Assembly: GCA_964658305.1 (NCBI GenBank)
Contig: OZ210885.1
Location: forward strand, 12,028,001-12,092,000
Source: Leptogorgia sarmentosa
Lineage: Eukaryota
DNA length: 64,000 nucleotides
Reading direction: 5' to 3'
In this document: in pieces, positions 61,258-64,000 of the stretch
How positions within the stretch are numbered: the stretch's first letter is position 1
How the letters are laid out: the number at the start of each line of letters is the position of its first letter
Position numbers and translations under genes: made by a program
Notes under the pieces: model-generated
Seen by the model: the letters and a program-made list of their open reading frames with translations, nothing else
Told to the model about the DNA's origin: nothing
Databases searched by the model: none

Positions 61258-61953
61258 GTAGGTAACCGTGTGGTAACGTACTATGGATAAAACTAATGGC
61301 AAGGTTTGGGATTTTCAATAGCTTTTTTTTTCTTTTGACCGATCGTCAGTCCGGAAAAGGGATAAAACAAAGATTCAATGCGCCTCTGCTGTAATTGTAA
61401 TTATATGTACAACCATATCTTCACTCACATTTGTAAGAATCATCAGTTCTGAATTATGCAAGTTGAGCGGCTGCGCGATATACGTGTATAAAAAAACTGA
61501 GCAAATTTGAAATCGCTCTCAATTTCGCAAAGCCACTCGGCTGACGTTATTAATTAACAAAACTTCGCAGTGCAAAATCACCCCTTGTCAAGAAACGTTG
61601 TACTAGCCTTCAGCTTCAATTCTTTTTGTTAGCGCTGATAATGAACTAAATATAGATGAAAAGCTTAATAAGTACATGTTTAACTTTCGTGCTGTCACAT
61701 GTATACAGTAGTTGATTACATCGGAAATTCACGGCGCTATAATCTCATGGAGCTCACTGGCCAATGGCCTCAGGGCTCGTCCCATTATGCTTCGCATCAC
61801 TCTAGGTAATGTGGCTATATGCTTTGCTTCAGTTATATATCGGTTGTTATCAGATTACTTACGCGCTTCTCTTTTCGGAATCGGCAAATAATTGATCCGC
61901 TCGCCAACGATAACTCGCGGTATTTCGTGGGACTTCGTCCAATAATTGATAGT

Positions 61954-62311
61954 AGGGACCTTAAAATCTAAAACGCAACAAACTCGACGACGGGGTATAA
62001 ATTTCAGGTTGAAATGAAATGAGTACTGACCTTTTTATGCTTTAAATAGATGTTGAAATTTTTTCAGGAAACAGTGACATAGGTTCAGCTAAAGCAGTGC
62101 GATCGTTGCTGTGTAGTCAACTTGAAGTTACAGCTCCCACGTTGTAATCAGCCTTCACGTTGCTTTGAAGACGTTATAATGCTTAACGTTGCGTTGATAA
62201 CAACAAAGCCGTTGATACCACAATTTATGCTTGGTTTTTGTTCAGCATAAAAATTTGTTTGTTCGGAAAGCTCGTCGTCGAGTTGGTCACGTTGTTGATC
62301 TTAAGGTCCCT
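61954..62311. mobile_element. MITE
   Basis: TIR AGGGACCTTAA(A/G)ATC / GATCTTAAGGTCCCT. Confidence 0.8.
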
Positions 62312-63724
62312 AATCCTCTGCTACAAAATTGCTATGACACCATTTTTGAACTTATCCACAATGCAGTTGTCTTTCTATTAGGAATGACAGAAAAGTCTGG
62401 TGATAGTTACAGTTTGATAAAATTAAAAAAATCTATATTGGTGCAGTGTAAAATAAACCACTGTATACACGTCATATTTCGCGCAAATAAGTAAGTATTA
62501 ATAATATTACGCCATCCAAATCTCATTTCGTTACACGGATAATTACCCGGTTTTTGAGAAAAGTTTCAGTTTTGGAAATTGAATTTTAGCAAATATATTA
62601 TGACTATATTTTAAACATATTCGTACATGCCTTTTTAGCTAAACAAGAGTTTTAATCTTGATTATTCATTGAAATGAGAACATAGTTAAAATGCAGTTGA
62701 TATGGGTGAGGGAACAAAGGTTTACACTCAAAGTAATTGATAATTCATTAGAAAATTAGCCAATCATGTACGGTAGTCGTCGCCATATGATGATGTTTGA
62801 AATTTGGATTAGATACTTGAAGAGACATGTTCATCCAGATTTACGCTGGGATAAAAATTAATTCAGTCGTTTCTTGAACAGGATCAATGTTTACTGGGTA
62901 AAAAATAAAAAATCTCACAAATGGCTGTAGGGAATGCTTTTGTCTGTAACATGTTAATAAAAGTATAAAAATCAATTCGGACAGAGTGACATATTATTTC
63001 TTCTAAACAATAAAACATACAATTATTAAGAAATCGTGTGCATAAATGATGTCTACCAATTTTAAAATGTGAAATTTCAGTAATTACAAATACAAGTAGG
63101 ACAACATTTCTGTGCAATCATTGGTATTCACTGTATAGAATATTTCCTGTTTATAGCTTCATGCATGCTTTCCAATTATGCTGTTCTACCACCAACATCA
63201 GCCACTAAATTTTAAACACTAGTAAATATATTATAAGTTTCAGTAAACTGTTCGGCATTGACCGTTACTCTACCACTTTAGTTATCGAGGCAACAGGGAC
63301 CGGTAGCGAGTCTTACCCAAGCGTTCAAGTTGGCTCGATACCTATACCTATGGACTTGCACAACAAAGATGAGGGCATACTTTTATGAAATCCCAAGAAG
63401 TAACGAATGAAAACACACGCGTGTAAAACACGCCACAGTAAATTGCGCAAAATTACAGTTATTTTGTTTTTAGTATTGAAGATCGTTTCGGTGTTTGTCT
63501 ATCGCTTACATTGCTGTTTAAGTTGCTATAGGGACGTAATAGTATAAATGGAAGTTAGCGGTGTAAACACAGTGTAGCTGATGGGTTAGTTAATGTAGTT
63601 ACTTGTCTCAATCATTTATTTTATCGCCGCAATGTTTTGAAAAATACTGCCAATGTAGTAACGATGTGAGCGAAAATTACCTATTACACCCTTTTATGTA
63701 CGTGCTATCGTATTTTATAAACAG

Positions 63725-63943
63725 GTGGAGAAGTTCAACAACTACTGGGACATTCTGAGGAAGTTATGTGTTTGGCTGTGTCACAAAGTGGAACAATACT
63801 AGCGTCAGGGTCGCGGGACGCAAGTACAATCCTTTGGAGAATGGATAATTATGAACAGCTTTTTGTGTTCCAAGGGGAGGGTGCAGTTAATGCCCAGGAT
63901 TTCAGTGCAGATGATCAGCGAGTGTTTATTGGAACAGACGATG
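63725..63943 (+). CDS. STAND gene: WD40 exon (gene continues beyond the window)
   Basis: Not in the ORF track; read manually as GGEVQQLLGHSEEVMCLAVSQSGTILASGSRDASTILWRM...FSADDQRVFIGTDD. ACAG acceptor and G|GTAAG donor. Confidence 0.9.
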
Positions 63944-64000
63944 GTAAGCATCTTAAACACAAATCAAACAAGGATATCAAAATGTTGTTCAGAATAGGTA

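Noticed and set aside
52415..63943. Calling the gene APAF1
   Set aside because: No CARD was seen and the N-terminus is HEPN-like. Orthology cannot be shown from this window.

Overview
AT-rich animal genomic DNA with spliceosomal introns. The repeat and gene families suggest an anthozoan cnidarian, which is an inference. Host genes: two intronless rhodopsin-class GPCRs (628-1938 -, 12440-13321 +) and a large multi-exon STAND/NLR-like gene (43386 to beyond 63943, +). That gene's phase-compatible exons give HEPN-like RxxxxH domain - coiled coil - APAF-1-type NB-ARC - WD40, with a truncated NACHT exon left in an intron. The rest is nested transposons: (1) a decayed CR1/L2-type LINE inside a pentanucleotide microsatellite, carrying an intronless FHOD formin fragment and several MITEs; (2) a frameshifted, intron-containing Academ transposase; (3) a foldback element holding a head-to-tail HINE/DINE-1-like dimer; (4) an apparently intact DD35D pogo transposon with a second, divergent HIRAN-domain ORF, with its empty site preserved in an adjacent duplication; (5) a Penelope-like element with hammerhead ribozyme motifs; (6) a CACTG EnSpm-type element with SAMD3-like remnants; (7) Crypton-like hairpin elements; (8) a Helitron Rep remnant. 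All family assignments come from reading motifs by eye, not from database searches.
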